A stretch of DNA of 64,000 nt from Bacteroidales bacterium (GTDB taxonomy: Bacteria; Bacteroidota; Bacteroidia; Bacteroidales; VadinHA17): NCBI GenBank assembly GCA_038325595.1, contig JBBQJD010000007.1, positions 875 to 64,874 on the forward strand. Direction: 5' to 3'. Shown here piece after piece: positions 17,507-26,300 of the stretch (positions within the stretch are counted from its first letter, which is position 1; every line of letters begins with the position of its first letter). A program made the position numbers and the translations under genes. The notes beneath the pieces were generated by a model. It was given only the letters and a program-made list of their open reading frames with translations, had not been told where the DNA came from and did not search any database.

Positions 17507-18760
17507 ATGAAAACACTCGGAAAATATTCGATAGGGCTTGGAGACAGGTTTGGTCACCAGGGTGGAGCACAGCTGAAGGCAATCATGGATGCTTCTTCTG
17601 AAGGAATAGAAATTACACCTGTCTGGAATAAATCGAACAGGGAACATACAACTATCGGAACACAACCCGGTGATGTACGGATTGAAGCTGATTCTGTGAC
17701 AAAAAGTGCCGGATTCAGAAAACCTTACTTTGTGGATGCTGACCACATTAATTTTGATACCGTAGACAGGTTTGTAGAAAGTTCTGATTTCTTTACGATC
17801 GATGTTGCCGCATTCATCGGTAAAAAGGCAGAAGAAAAAGAAATTACCGGGTTTCTTTCCTCTGTAAAAAAGTATACCGGAGAATTGAAAATTCCCGGAA
17901 CAAAATTATCTTTCAGGACATCTGAAAAGCAGATCAGGCTTATTGCCGAAAAATATCTATTTGCTGCCATAAAAGCATGGGATATATTCAGGAAAATAGA
18001 AAAAGCCAAAGGAAAAGGAAATTTCATCACTGAAGTTTCCATGGATGAAGTCCCTGATCCTCAGACACCTGTAGAACTATTCTTCATTCTTAACATGCTG
18101 GCATCAGAGAATATTCCCATTCAGACAATTGCACCAAAGTTTTCGGGAAGATTTAACAAAGGAGTTGATTATGTGGGCGACCCTGAGAAATTTGAAAAAG
18201 AGTTTGAAACCGATCTTATGGTAATTGATTTTGCTGTGAAGGAATTCGGCTTGCCAGAGAATCTTAAGATGAGTGTACATTCCGGTTCTGATAAGTTTTC
18301 GATTTATCCTTACATAGGTTCAATTATAAGGAAACATGACAAAGGGGTTCATCTGAAAACTGCAGGTACAACATGGCTGGAAGAAGTTATCGGGCTGGCT
18401 GCTTCGGGTGGTGATGGACTTAAGTTTGTTAAAGAGATTTATTCAGAATCATTAAAGAACATATATGATTTGTGTGCCCCGTACGCTGATGTTATAGATA
18501 TTAAGGAGTCATTGCTCCCATCTAAAGAAGATGTGTCAGAATGGGATAGTAAAAAATTCGCTGATGCGCTCAGGCATATACCCGGAAACAGAAACTACAA
18601 TCCGAATATGAGGCAGCTGATACATGTTGCATATAAGCTCGCTGCTCACAGGATGCAGGAATACTATTTGCTTCTTGAATCAAATAAGGAAATTGTGTCG
18701 CAGTGTGTGTATGATAATATCTACGACAGACACATTTGCAGGCTGTTTGATCTGAGATAG
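17507..18760 (+). CDS. uxaE: Tagaturonate/fructuronate epimerase (UxaE-like)
   Basis: MKTLGKYSIGLGDRFGHQG... and FVDADHI segments recalled from the UxaE family. Start moved to the ATG at 17507 to avoid overlap with lacI. Confidence 0.55.
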   Translation: MKTLGKYSIGLGDRFGHQGGAQLKAIMDASSEGIEITPVWNKSNREHTTIGTQPGDVRIEADSVTKSAGFRKPYFVDADHINFDTVDRFVESSDFFTIDVAAFIGKKAEEKEITGFLSSVKKYTGELKIPGTKLSFRTSEKQIRLIAEKYLFAAIKAWDIFRKIEKAKGKGNFITEVSMDEVPDPQTPVELFFILNMLASENIPIQTIAPKFSGRFNKGVDYVGDPEKFEKEFETDLMVIDFAVKEFGLPENLKMSVHSGSDKFSIYPYIGSIIRKHDKGVHLKTAGTTWLEEVIGLAASGGDGLKFVKEIYSESLKNIYDLCAPYADVIDIKESLLPSKEDVSEWDSKKFADALRHIPGNRNYNPNMRQLIHVAYKLAAHRMQEYYLLLESNKEIVSQCVYDNIYDRHICRLFDLR

Positions 18761-18786
18761 AAAATTATTTAATCAGGATTTATTTT

Positions 18787-19074
18787 GTTACACAGAGTTT
18801 CACAGGGAAGCACAGAGTTTCACAGAGGTCTCAATTTATAATCTCTGTGTAACTCGGTGGTTCTTCTGAATTCCTCTGTGTAAGTTCTTCTGCCGTACTT
18901 TGGCTTTAATTTCTTTGGCGTCATTGGATTTTCGTTACGCAGAGTTTCACAGAGAAGGCACAGAGGTCTCAATTTATCAATCTCTGTGTAACTCTGTGGT
19001 TCTTCTGAATTCCTCTGTGTAAGTTCTTCTCTGCGTACTTTGGCTTAAATCCTCTGAGGTTAATGGATTTTTTT
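18787..19074. repeat. Two adjacent direct copies (about 147 and 141 bp) of a CACAGAG/CTCTGTG-rich element
   Basis: Core 18821-18910 matches 18959-19050 with few mismatches. Each copy holds a CACAGAG...CTCTGTG hairpin. Fills the convergent gap between uxaE and the DUF6807 gene. Confidence 0.9.
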
Positions 19075-20092
19075 ACTTAAAGTCCTCAAATATCTTATTT
19101 ATCTGAACATCAGTAAGATCTCCTCCTATTACGATTTTATGCCTGAATGAAATGCTTTCGCCTGGTTTCAATACGATTTTAACAGGTTTGGCATCTTTTT
19201 CAAAAGCTCTTCCGCCAAGATTATTTGTTGCAAAAAGACCATAACCCCGTGCATGTGACCATGCAGGGAAATTTGGATTCTTTGGATTGTCAATGATCAC
19301 AATTGTGATTACCTCGCCTTCCTTTTCTGCTCTCAGAGCTACCCATTTGCTTCTTTTTGACCAGACATCGCCGCCTTTTATCCCTTCTGCATTCCGGTAC
19401 ATACCATTCACTCCCTCATTGTTCAAAACAGGAACTTCTGTTTCGTTTCCTTTGTCATCTAGGAATTTTTCAGGCTTTGTAGCCGGCTCCTCAAAAGCCC
19501 TGTCAAGGCGCATGCCAATCAGACCTTCTTTGTTTTCAGTAAATGTAACCTGCTCATTTGCAGTAAGTTTAGTTTGCCTTTCAATGCTTCTCAAACTACC
19601 TTTCCCGGCAAAAATAAATTTTGTTTCTTCCTTTAGAAGGGTTTTATCTTTAATATCAACCCATCTTGAACTGGTCACAAGCTCTCCTTTTTTGGGATTC
19701 ATTGAAACCAGCTTCTCAAACTTTACCGAACCGTATTTTGGTTTATCATCAGCTTTAATGGCAAAGGAATTATTCCAGAAATCCAATCCGTTAACATCAC
19801 CAAAATTAAACCAGAGACCCACATGATGAGGATGATCGGTCCTTTCAAAAGGACGAGGCTGCATTGGATATCCTCTTGTTATAATTTTACCCGATGGAGT
19901 AATTATAGGAAAGAGAGTTTGTTTCTCCATATCATCGGGATAGATGAAAGCTGTAAAAAGTTTTCCATCAACCAGCACTTCAATTTTCTTTTCCAGCTCC
20001 TTATTTTTGAATTCCACCTTCTGCGATTTTACAGTTGATGAAAAAGCAAGAAGTGTAGTAATTCCGGCAATCATAACAAAAGATTTTTTCAT
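19073..20092 (-). CDS. Secreted DUF6807 / PmoA-family protein (function unknown)
   Basis: Signal peptide. The DHPHHVGLWFNFGDVNGLDFW motif is characteristic of this family. Confidence 0.6.
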   Translation of the reverse strand: MKKSFVMIAGITTLLAFSSTVKSQKVEFKNKELEKKIEVLVDGKLFTAFIYPDDMEKQTLFPIITPSGKIITRGYPMQPRPFERTDHPHHVGLWFNFGDVNGLDFWNNSFAIKADDKPKYGSVKFEKLVSMNPKKGELVTSSRWVDIKDKTLLKEETKFIFAGKGSLRSIERQTKLTANEQVTFTENKEGLIGMRLDRAFEEPATKPEKFLDDKGNETEVPVLNNEGVNGMYRNAEGIKGGDVWSKRSKWVALRAEKEGEVITIVIIDNPKNPNFPAWSHARGYGLFATNNLGGRAFEKDAKPVKIVLKPGESISFRHKIVIGGDLTDVQINKIFEDFK

Positions 20093-20142
20093 ATTTCAGT
20101 AATTATTGTTTCAATAAAAATCAATATTTTCAGGTTCAGCTT

Positions 20143-21135
20143 CTACTTAAATCTTTCTACATAGCGGAGGAATTTTTTCGCTGCTTCATCGAGGTTTGCA
20201 ACGGAACCTCCACCGTCAAGAACCTCGCACATTTCATACACCAGATATCCCTGATAACCGATTTCCTTAAGTGTTCCTATGAACAATTCATAATCAATTA
20301 TCCCTTCTCCCATTGCTGATGCACGCATAATTGGCTTATCTTCAGTATAGTTCGTAAGCTGGCTCTCATAATGGTACCGTGGCAATGTCACATAATCGGC
20401 CGCAATTGTGTTTACAAGGTATGGTTTCATCTTAATCACTGACTCACGGATTTCCTCTTTTGAAAGTCCTTCAAGCGTAGGCGACCACGCATCCCATCCT
20501 GCCATAACATTAGGCATATTGATTTCCTTTAGCAGCCAGTACATTGCATCATGATGAATAGCAATATCATGATGATTCTGTATGACAAGCGTAACTCCGT
20601 ACTTTTGCGCTTCCCTGGCTGCAAGTGTAATTCCTTCTACTACAGTCGCATATTGCCTGTCAAAAGGAATACCCGGACGTTCATAACCTGTAAAAATCCT
20701 GACCATTTTTGTACCAAGGTCATTTGCAAGCTCTGCAAGCTGTCCGATATACGCAGCCTGAATTTCTGTATGAGGGATCCCGGGTTTGTCAATACCTGCG
20801 GTAAAATCAGAATATCCCGCCAGGCCAACAAGAGTCAGTCCGAGGTCTTCAATTCTTTTTTTAAGCTTCTTGCGTGCTTCTTTATCATAATCAACTATGG
20901 AAAGATGAGGTCTTTTGGCCATTAACATTACTCCGTCATATCCTAATTCCTTAGCCTTCACAAGGAATTCATCGACTGTTAACAAGGCCTGACCACGCCA
21001 GAGCCCTGAATAGCCAATAGAATGCAGACAGGTCTTTACCTTAAAATCCTGGGAATTACCCGTCGGAACTTTCTGTCCGTAAATAACAGGTGTCATACAA
21101 ATGAGAATTAAACAGGTAAATAAATTCTTCTTCAT
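20143..21135 (-). CDS. Secreted xylose-isomerase-like TIM-barrel protein (sugar phosphate isomerase/epimerase family)
   Basis: Signal peptide from MKKNLFTCLILI. TIM-barrel family blocks (GYDGVMLM, VRIFTGY, LVIQNHHD, YLVYEM). Confidence 0.65.
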   Translation of the reverse strand: MKKNLFTCLILICMTPVIYGQKVPTGNSQDFKVKTCLHSIGYSGLWRGQALLTVDEFLVKAKELGYDGVMLMAKRPHLSIVDYDKEARKKLKKRIEDLGLTLVGLAGYSDFTAGIDKPGIPHTEIQAAYIGQLAELANDLGTKMVRIFTGYERPGIPFDRQYATVVEGITLAAREAQKYGVTLVIQNHHDIAIHHDAMYWLLKEINMPNVMAGWDAWSPTLEGLSKEEIRESVIKMKPYLVNTIAADYVTLPRYHYESQLTNYTEDKPIMRASAMGEGIIDYELFIGTLKEIGYQGYLVYEMCEVLDGGGSVANLDEAAKKFLRYVERFK

Positions 21136-21313
21136 CGACATATTTTTCATAAAAATAGAGATAAAGAAGCAGACAAAAAACAATAAGTCGCTTCATTTCA
21201 GCCGGTCTTTCAAAAACTTCTTTAAAAATAATGCAGTATATTTATGCTTTAAAGTCAATATATTCTTAAGAGAAGTCTTTTTTATTATATAAATATCTTA
21301 ATATCATATCGTT

Positions 21314-22393
21314 GTGAGTATAGAAGTTAAAAATAATTATGTTTATTCCATGGTTGTACCGACCAGTATGGGAGTTCGTATTACTCCTGAAAACGGACAA
21401 TCTGTTCATTCAAGCAGCACTTTTTTTATGCACGCAACAAGTGCCGAAACAAATGTTGCGACCATTTCATCATCACTGGGGCTACCGGTAAAGGTTCTTA
21501 CCACATTTGTCATGGACAGTCCTATCGCCAAAATGATTAAAGACAGTCTTGCCAGCCGGCATATGATGTACGAAGGAAAAGAAGTTGAACAGGGAGGTCC
21601 ATGGGGCTACCGCCATCAGTTCAATATTGCAGACAGCGGTTACGGGTTACGTGGTCCGAGGGTACATAATGATCGTGCCGGAGAAGTCGGAAGAACGCTT
21701 AATGTAAGCGACTTCAATCTTCAAAAAATCTTCGGGGAAGAGGGTGTACAGGTACTGCATCTTTCAGGATTAATTGCAGCCCTGTCACATGAAACAAGCA
21801 TTTTTTGCCTCGAGCTCGCAAGAACCGCAAAAAAATACGGAACAAAAATATCATTCGACCTGAACTACCGGGCATCGTTCTGGAAAGGCCGTGAACAGGA
21901 ACTCAGTGATATTTTTACAGAAATTGCAGGTGTTTCTGACATTCTTGTTGGTAATGAAGAGGATTTTCAGCTTTGCCTTGGAATTGAAGGCCCTGAAGAA
22001 GGCGGGAAAGATATCGGTTCACAGATTGACAACTTCAAAGGAATGATCAGCCGGGTTAAGAAGGTATTTCCTTCCACTTCTGTCTTTGCAACAACCCTGC
22101 GCCAGGTCATAAGCTCGAACAGTCATCTCTGGGGAGCAATAATGCTGGAAAATGAAAACTGGCATGTCGTGGAACCAAGAGAAATCCATGTTCTAGACAG
22201 GATTGGCGGTGGTGATGGCTTTGTTGGTGGTATGATCTACGCGATACTTAAAGGATGGGAACCTGAAAAATGGATTCAATTCGGATGGGCTTGCGGGGCG
22301 CTGGCAACAACATTCCTGACTGATTATGCTTTGCCTTCCGATGAAGAACAGGTGTGGAGTATCTGGAAAGGGAATGCAAGAGTGAAGAGATGA
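21314..22393 (+). CDS. kdgK: PfkB-family sugar kinase, 2-dehydro-3-deoxygluconokinase-like
   Basis: C-terminal GGGDGFVGG anion-hole motif and ribokinase-like length. GTG start in the track; a downstream ATG at 21350 is possible. Confidence 0.65.
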   Translation: MSIEVKNNYVYSMVVPTSMGVRITPENGQSVHSSSTFFMHATSAETNVATISSSLGLPVKVLTTFVMDSPIAKMIKDSLASRHMMYEGKEVEQGGPWGYRHQFNIADSGYGLRGPRVHNDRAGEVGRTLNVSDFNLQKIFGEEGVQVLHLSGLIAALSHETSIFCLELARTAKKYGTKISFDLNYRASFWKGREQELSDIFTEIAGVSDILVGNEEDFQLCLGIEGPEEGGKDIGSQIDNFKGMISRVKKVFPSTSVFATTLRQVISSNSHLWGAIMLENENWHVVEPREIHVLDRIGGGDGFVGGMIYAILKGWEPEKWIQFGWACGALATTFLTDYALPSDEEQVWSIWKGNARVKR

Positions 22394-22560
22394 GAACTAA
22401 GTATCTGCTAACCATTATCTTCATTGGAATTTGCAGTTATAATTCCACTGGACAAATGGTAACAAAAATAAAGGATGTTATCATTTACGAAGATCCGATG
22501 TTTTACTCATCTTTTCCATCGGTTGTCAGAAGACCTGACGGGGAGATACTGCTTTCTTAA
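22390..22560 (+). pseudogene. 56-codon N-terminal remnant of a secreted BNR/sialidase-like protein
   Basis: ATGA overlap with the kdgK stop. Signal peptide then VIIYEDPMFYSSFPSVVRRPDGEILL, then a stop only 4 nt before the convergent GH35 gene. Confidence 0.35.
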
Positions 22561-22564
22561 AGTT

Positions 22565-24382
22565 CTACTCCATTGTTTGCATTCCAAAAGCCGGCTTGGC
22601 TTCTGTCTGATGAAGATCAAAAATCATCAGTTCATTCATACCTTCCTTGAGCCATGAAGCGGGACAATAAAGCCTTTTCTGCGGACCAATGTTCCAGAAA
22701 CGTCCCAGATTATGTCCATTGACCCACACGACCCCCTTGGTGTAGTTTGAGACATCAATAAAAGTATCGCCGGTTATCCCCAACACAAAATTACCTTTGA
22801 ATATAATACCAGGTTTATTCTTCGTTTTGCCTGATGACCTGAGATCGTAAATGAATTTCCTGTCCATTGGAAAACCATAAACTTTCCAGTTCATTAAAGT
22901 CATTCCATTAAGGGTAACCCTGTCTGTAATCCCCTTTCTGTCAATGAGATTCTGGGCAAAATTTATCCGGCCCATTGCTTCCACAAAGATATCAAGAACA
23001 GGCAGCGGTACATTGCTTTCCGGAATTTCTATAGAATTGATTCCTTCTCTTCTGTCGAGTTTGCCAATGTATACACCATTCAGAAAAACTGTTGCATAAT
23101 CGTGAATATCAGTAACGGTAAGCTTACCCGATTTATGTCCGATCAGTTCTGTCCTGTACAGCATAAAACCATAATCCTGTCCATATGCTTCAAAAGTTTT
23201 TGGCTGAACTGAATTAATAGGTTCAGGAAGATTATCCCATATTGTTGTAAAGGGTTGTAATCCAATAGCAGGTATTTCAAGTACCAGCAGCGGATCAGGC
23301 ACAGGAGGAAGCTTTTTACCTTTAGGCAGATATGAACTTAGAAGCTTCCTCAAAGCAAAATATTTTGGAGTTGCATTACCCTGTTCGTTGATCGGTGCAT
23401 CATAATCATAACTGGTAACATCAGGTTCATAGCCTTTTCCTCCCGAATTTGCACCTGCGGTATATCCGAAGTTAGTTCCCCCATGAATGACATAAAAATT
23501 GAATGATTTCTTATTATCCATCAGGAACTTCACATCTTGTAACAATTTATTTGTATCAGGCTTGATCCATTGCTCACCCCAGTGGGTAAGCCATCCGGGA
23601 TAAGTTTCACTGCTGAATACAGGTACACCGGGATTCATTTTTGTTGCCAGTTCAAAATCTTCAGGTGAGCTTCCCGGATCGAGCCCTACAGCACTGCCTT
23701 GGAGAGAGCCTGCTTCAAGCATGTACGTTGTGGGTCCGTCACCGGTAAAGGTAGGAACATCCACTCCGTTGGAGGACCAGACTTCCTTAAGTCTCATGAG
23801 GTAATTTCTGTCATTCCCGAAACTGCCATACTCATTCTCGATCTGTATCATCAGCAAAGGGCCGCCTTTTGTTATCAGGTAAGGTTTTATCACTTCAGCC
23901 AGACGGGAGATGTATTTTTCAGCAGCCATCATATAGCGGGGATCCATGCAGCGGAGCTTAATATCGGGTATTCGGAGCAGATATGGCGGTATTCCGCCCA
24001 GATCCCATTCCGCACAAACATATGGACCTGGCCTGAGGATCAGCCACATATCCTGCTCTTTTACAAGCCTGATGAACTCTGAGAGATTGTGGTTTTCGTT
24101 CTCAAAATCATAAACTCCCTCTTCAGGTTCATGGAAATTCCAGAAAATATAGGCTGAAATTGTATTGCAGCCCATGGCTTTTGCCATTTGTATCCTGTGC
24201 AGCCAGTATTCAGCGGGTATTCTTGCAGGATGGAGTTCACCGCTGATGATCTGAAAAGGCTCACCATCGAGCAGGAATTCAGAAGTACCAAGTGTAAAGG
24301 TATGCTTTGCCCTCTGGGCCTGAGCTGATATGGTAAGGAAAAGCAAAACTGCAAGTAAAAAAAATGAATTCCTTCTTATCAT
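22565..24382 (-). CDS. Beta-galactosidase, GH35, secreted
   Basis: Signal peptide. GCNTISAYIFWNFHEP and IQIENEYGSF blocks are typical of GH35. Confidence 0.9.
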   Translation of the reverse strand: MIRRNSFFLLAVLLFLTISAQAQRAKHTFTLGTSEFLLDGEPFQIISGELHPARIPAEYWLHRIQMAKAMGCNTISAYIFWNFHEPEEGVYDFENENHNLSEFIRLVKEQDMWLILRPGPYVCAEWDLGGIPPYLLRIPDIKLRCMDPRYMMAAEKYISRLAEVIKPYLITKGGPLLMIQIENEYGSFGNDRNYLMRLKEVWSSNGVDVPTFTGDGPTTYMLEAGSLQGSAVGLDPGSSPEDFELATKMNPGVPVFSSETYPGWLTHWGEQWIKPDTNKLLQDVKFLMDNKKSFNFYVIHGGTNFGYTAGANSGGKGYEPDVTSYDYDAPINEQGNATPKYFALRKLLSSYLPKGKKLPPVPDPLLVLEIPAIGLQPFTTIWDNLPEPINSVQPKTFEAYGQDYGFMLYRTELIGHKSGKLTVTDIHDYATVFLNGVYIGKLDRREGINSIEIPESNVPLPVLDIFVEAMGRINFAQNLIDRKGITDRVTLNGMTLMNWKVYGFPMDRKFIYDLRSSGKTKNKPGIIFKGNFVLGITGDTFIDVSNYTKGVVWVNGHNLGRFWNIGPQKRLYCPASWLKEGMNELMIFDLHQTEAKPAFGMQTME

Positions 24383-24409
24383 AATTATTTTGTTTTTTTA
24401 TTCATTAAA

Positions 24410-24460
24410 CTCTCCTGATCACCCTTTCACCCCATCTTCCACTCGCGCCCTCCCACTAAC
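24410..24460 (-). repeat. Low-complexity element after the ABC exporter stop; C-rich on the + strand, G-rich in gene sense
   Basis: In minus-strand sense it reads GTTAGTGGGAGGGCGCGAGTGGAAGATGGGGTGAAAGGGTGATCAGG, 4 nt after the stop. Confidence 0.6.
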
Positions 24461-24464
24461 ATCT

Positions 24465-26285
24465 TCATATCGCCTGATAGCTATGCAGCTTCCTGTAAAA
24501 ACCCTCATTATTTCTCATCAGTTCCTCATGAGTTCCGGTTTCAACAATTCTTCCGTCATCCAGAACTACAATAATATCAGCATGCTGTATCGTTGAAAGA
24601 CGATGTGCAATCACGAACGAAGTTCTGTTTTCCATTAATTTAAGTATTGCATCCTGCACAAGCCTTTCTGATTCAGTATCAAGTGCCGATGTTGCTTCGT
24701 CGAGGATGAGAATAGGAGGATTTGCCATGATAGCCCTTGCAATACTTATTCTTTGCCTTTGTCCGCCGCTTAGCTTATTGCCCGATTCCCCGACAACATT
24801 TTCATACCCATGCTCAGTTTCCATTATAAATTCATGGGCATTGGCAATACGTGAGGCATTTTCCACTTTATCCATCTCTGCAACAGGTACTCCGAACGCT
24901 ATGTTTTCCTTAAAAGATGTATTAAAAAGTATAGCATGCTGGCTCACTATACCCATCTGGTTCCTGAGGTCCCTGATCTTCAGATCGCGAACATCAACAC
25001 CATCGATGAGTATACTTCCCCTGTCGGCATCCATAAACCTGGGAAGAAGGTCGGCAAGAGTGGATTTTCCTGCACCTGACTTTCCGACAATGGCAACAGT
25101 CTGGCCCTTCTTTATTTTCAGATTAATATCTTTCAGTACTGGTTCATTATTGTAAGCATACCACACACCTTTGAATTCAATTGAATCATTGAATCCTGTA
25201 ACTGCCAGCGCATCATCCTTTTCCAGTATTTTTTCCTCGGCATCAAGTATCTGGTCTATCCTGTCGATTGAAGCCATACCCTTCTGAATGCTGAAGTACG
25301 CAGTTGTAATATTCTTTGCCGGCTGAATAATCTGGGAAAACACAATCACGAATGCAATCAGCTTATCCGGGGTCATGTTTCCTGATCCCGTGAGAGCCAG
25401 ATTAGCACCAACATACATTAATATCATTACTACTATTGTGGCAAGAAATTCGCTTATCGGTGAAGCCAGGTAAGCCTTCCTTGTTACTCTTTTGAATATC
25501 TTGGCATACTTCTCATTCGACTGGGCAAATTGAACCTTCATCTTTTCCTCGGCATTAAATCCCTTGACGATTCTCAGTCCGGTCAGGGTTTCCTCCACAT
25601 GAGATAAAAGTCTGCCCAATAGTTGCTGACCAAGAAGCGAGGACGATCGTAAAGTACGGCTTGCTCTTCCTATAAGCCAGCCACTGACCGGAAGAAGAAC
25701 AAGGGCAAAAAGGGTGAGCTCATAGCTGCTGATAAACAGATAGACGACGAAAATAAGAATGTACATCGGATCCCTGAACATCATTGTCAGGGAAGCCATT
25801 ACAGAAATTTCAATCTCCTGAACATCATTTGAAATCCTTGTCATCACATCGCCTTTCCGTGCATCCGTGAAGAAGGAAAGCGGAAGACGGAGAATCTTAT
25901 CATACAATTTTCTTCGCAAATCCCTTACAGTGCTTGCCCTTATGAATGCCATACTGTTGTTTGCCATGAAAATGAAGCCATTTTTAAACAGGCTTGCAAC
26001 AATGACAATAACAACAACCAATAACAGGGCACCTTCCGGTCCGCTTTTTTCAATTAAAGCTGATAAATAATATTTGGTAAAAATTCCAGCATAATCTGCG
26101 CTCATCTGAAATTCACCGGGATGCGGAATTGCTTCGACCCTGTTGAAGAGAATATTAAGAAAAGGCATTACAAGGGTGTAGGTCAACAATGCAAACAGAG
26201 CACTCAGGATATTGTACCCTATATTTTTAAATGCAGACCACCTGTATGGAGTAAAATATTTTAGCAGCAACCGTATGTTCTTCAT
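24465..26285 (-). CDS. ABC transporter, fused permease/ATPase (MsbA-like exporter)
   Basis: Six N-terminal TM helices. Walker A GKSGAGKST, signature LSGGQRQR, Walker B ILILDEATSALD. Confidence 0.9.
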   Translation of the reverse strand: MKNIRLLLKYFTPYRWSAFKNIGYNILSALFALLTYTLVMPFLNILFNRVEAIPHPGEFQMSADYAGIFTKYYLSALIEKSGPEGALLLVVVIVIVASLFKNGFIFMANNSMAFIRASTVRDLRRKLYDKILRLPLSFFTDARKGDVMTRISNDVQEIEISVMASLTMMFRDPMYILIFVVYLFISSYELTLFALVLLPVSGWLIGRASRTLRSSSLLGQQLLGRLLSHVEETLTGLRIVKGFNAEEKMKVQFAQSNEKYAKIFKRVTRKAYLASPISEFLATIVVMILMYVGANLALTGSGNMTPDKLIAFVIVFSQIIQPAKNITTAYFSIQKGMASIDRIDQILDAEEKILEKDDALAVTGFNDSIEFKGVWYAYNNEPVLKDINLKIKKGQTVAIVGKSGAGKSTLADLLPRFMDADRGSILIDGVDVRDLKIRDLRNQMGIVSQHAILFNTSFKENIAFGVPVAEMDKVENASRIANAHEFIMETEHGYENVVGESGNKLSGGQRQRISIARAIMANPPILILDEATSALDTESERLVQDAILKLMENRTSFVIAHRLSTIQHADIIVVLDDGRIVETGTHEELMRNNEGFYRKLHSYQAI

Positions 26286-26300
26286 CGATAGGTATCGGGG

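Noticed and set aside
18787-19074. Possible CRISPR array or MITE with terminal inverted repeats
   Set aside because: There are only two directly abutting ~145-bp copies with no unique spacers. I could not identify terminal inverted repeats or target-site duplications by eye.
19073-20092. Methane/ammonia monooxygenase subunit, suggested by the PmoA family name
   Set aside because: The protein is a soluble secreted DUF6807-type protein with a signal peptide, not the polytopic membrane PmoA. There are no pmoB/pmoC genes and the context is sugar catabolism.
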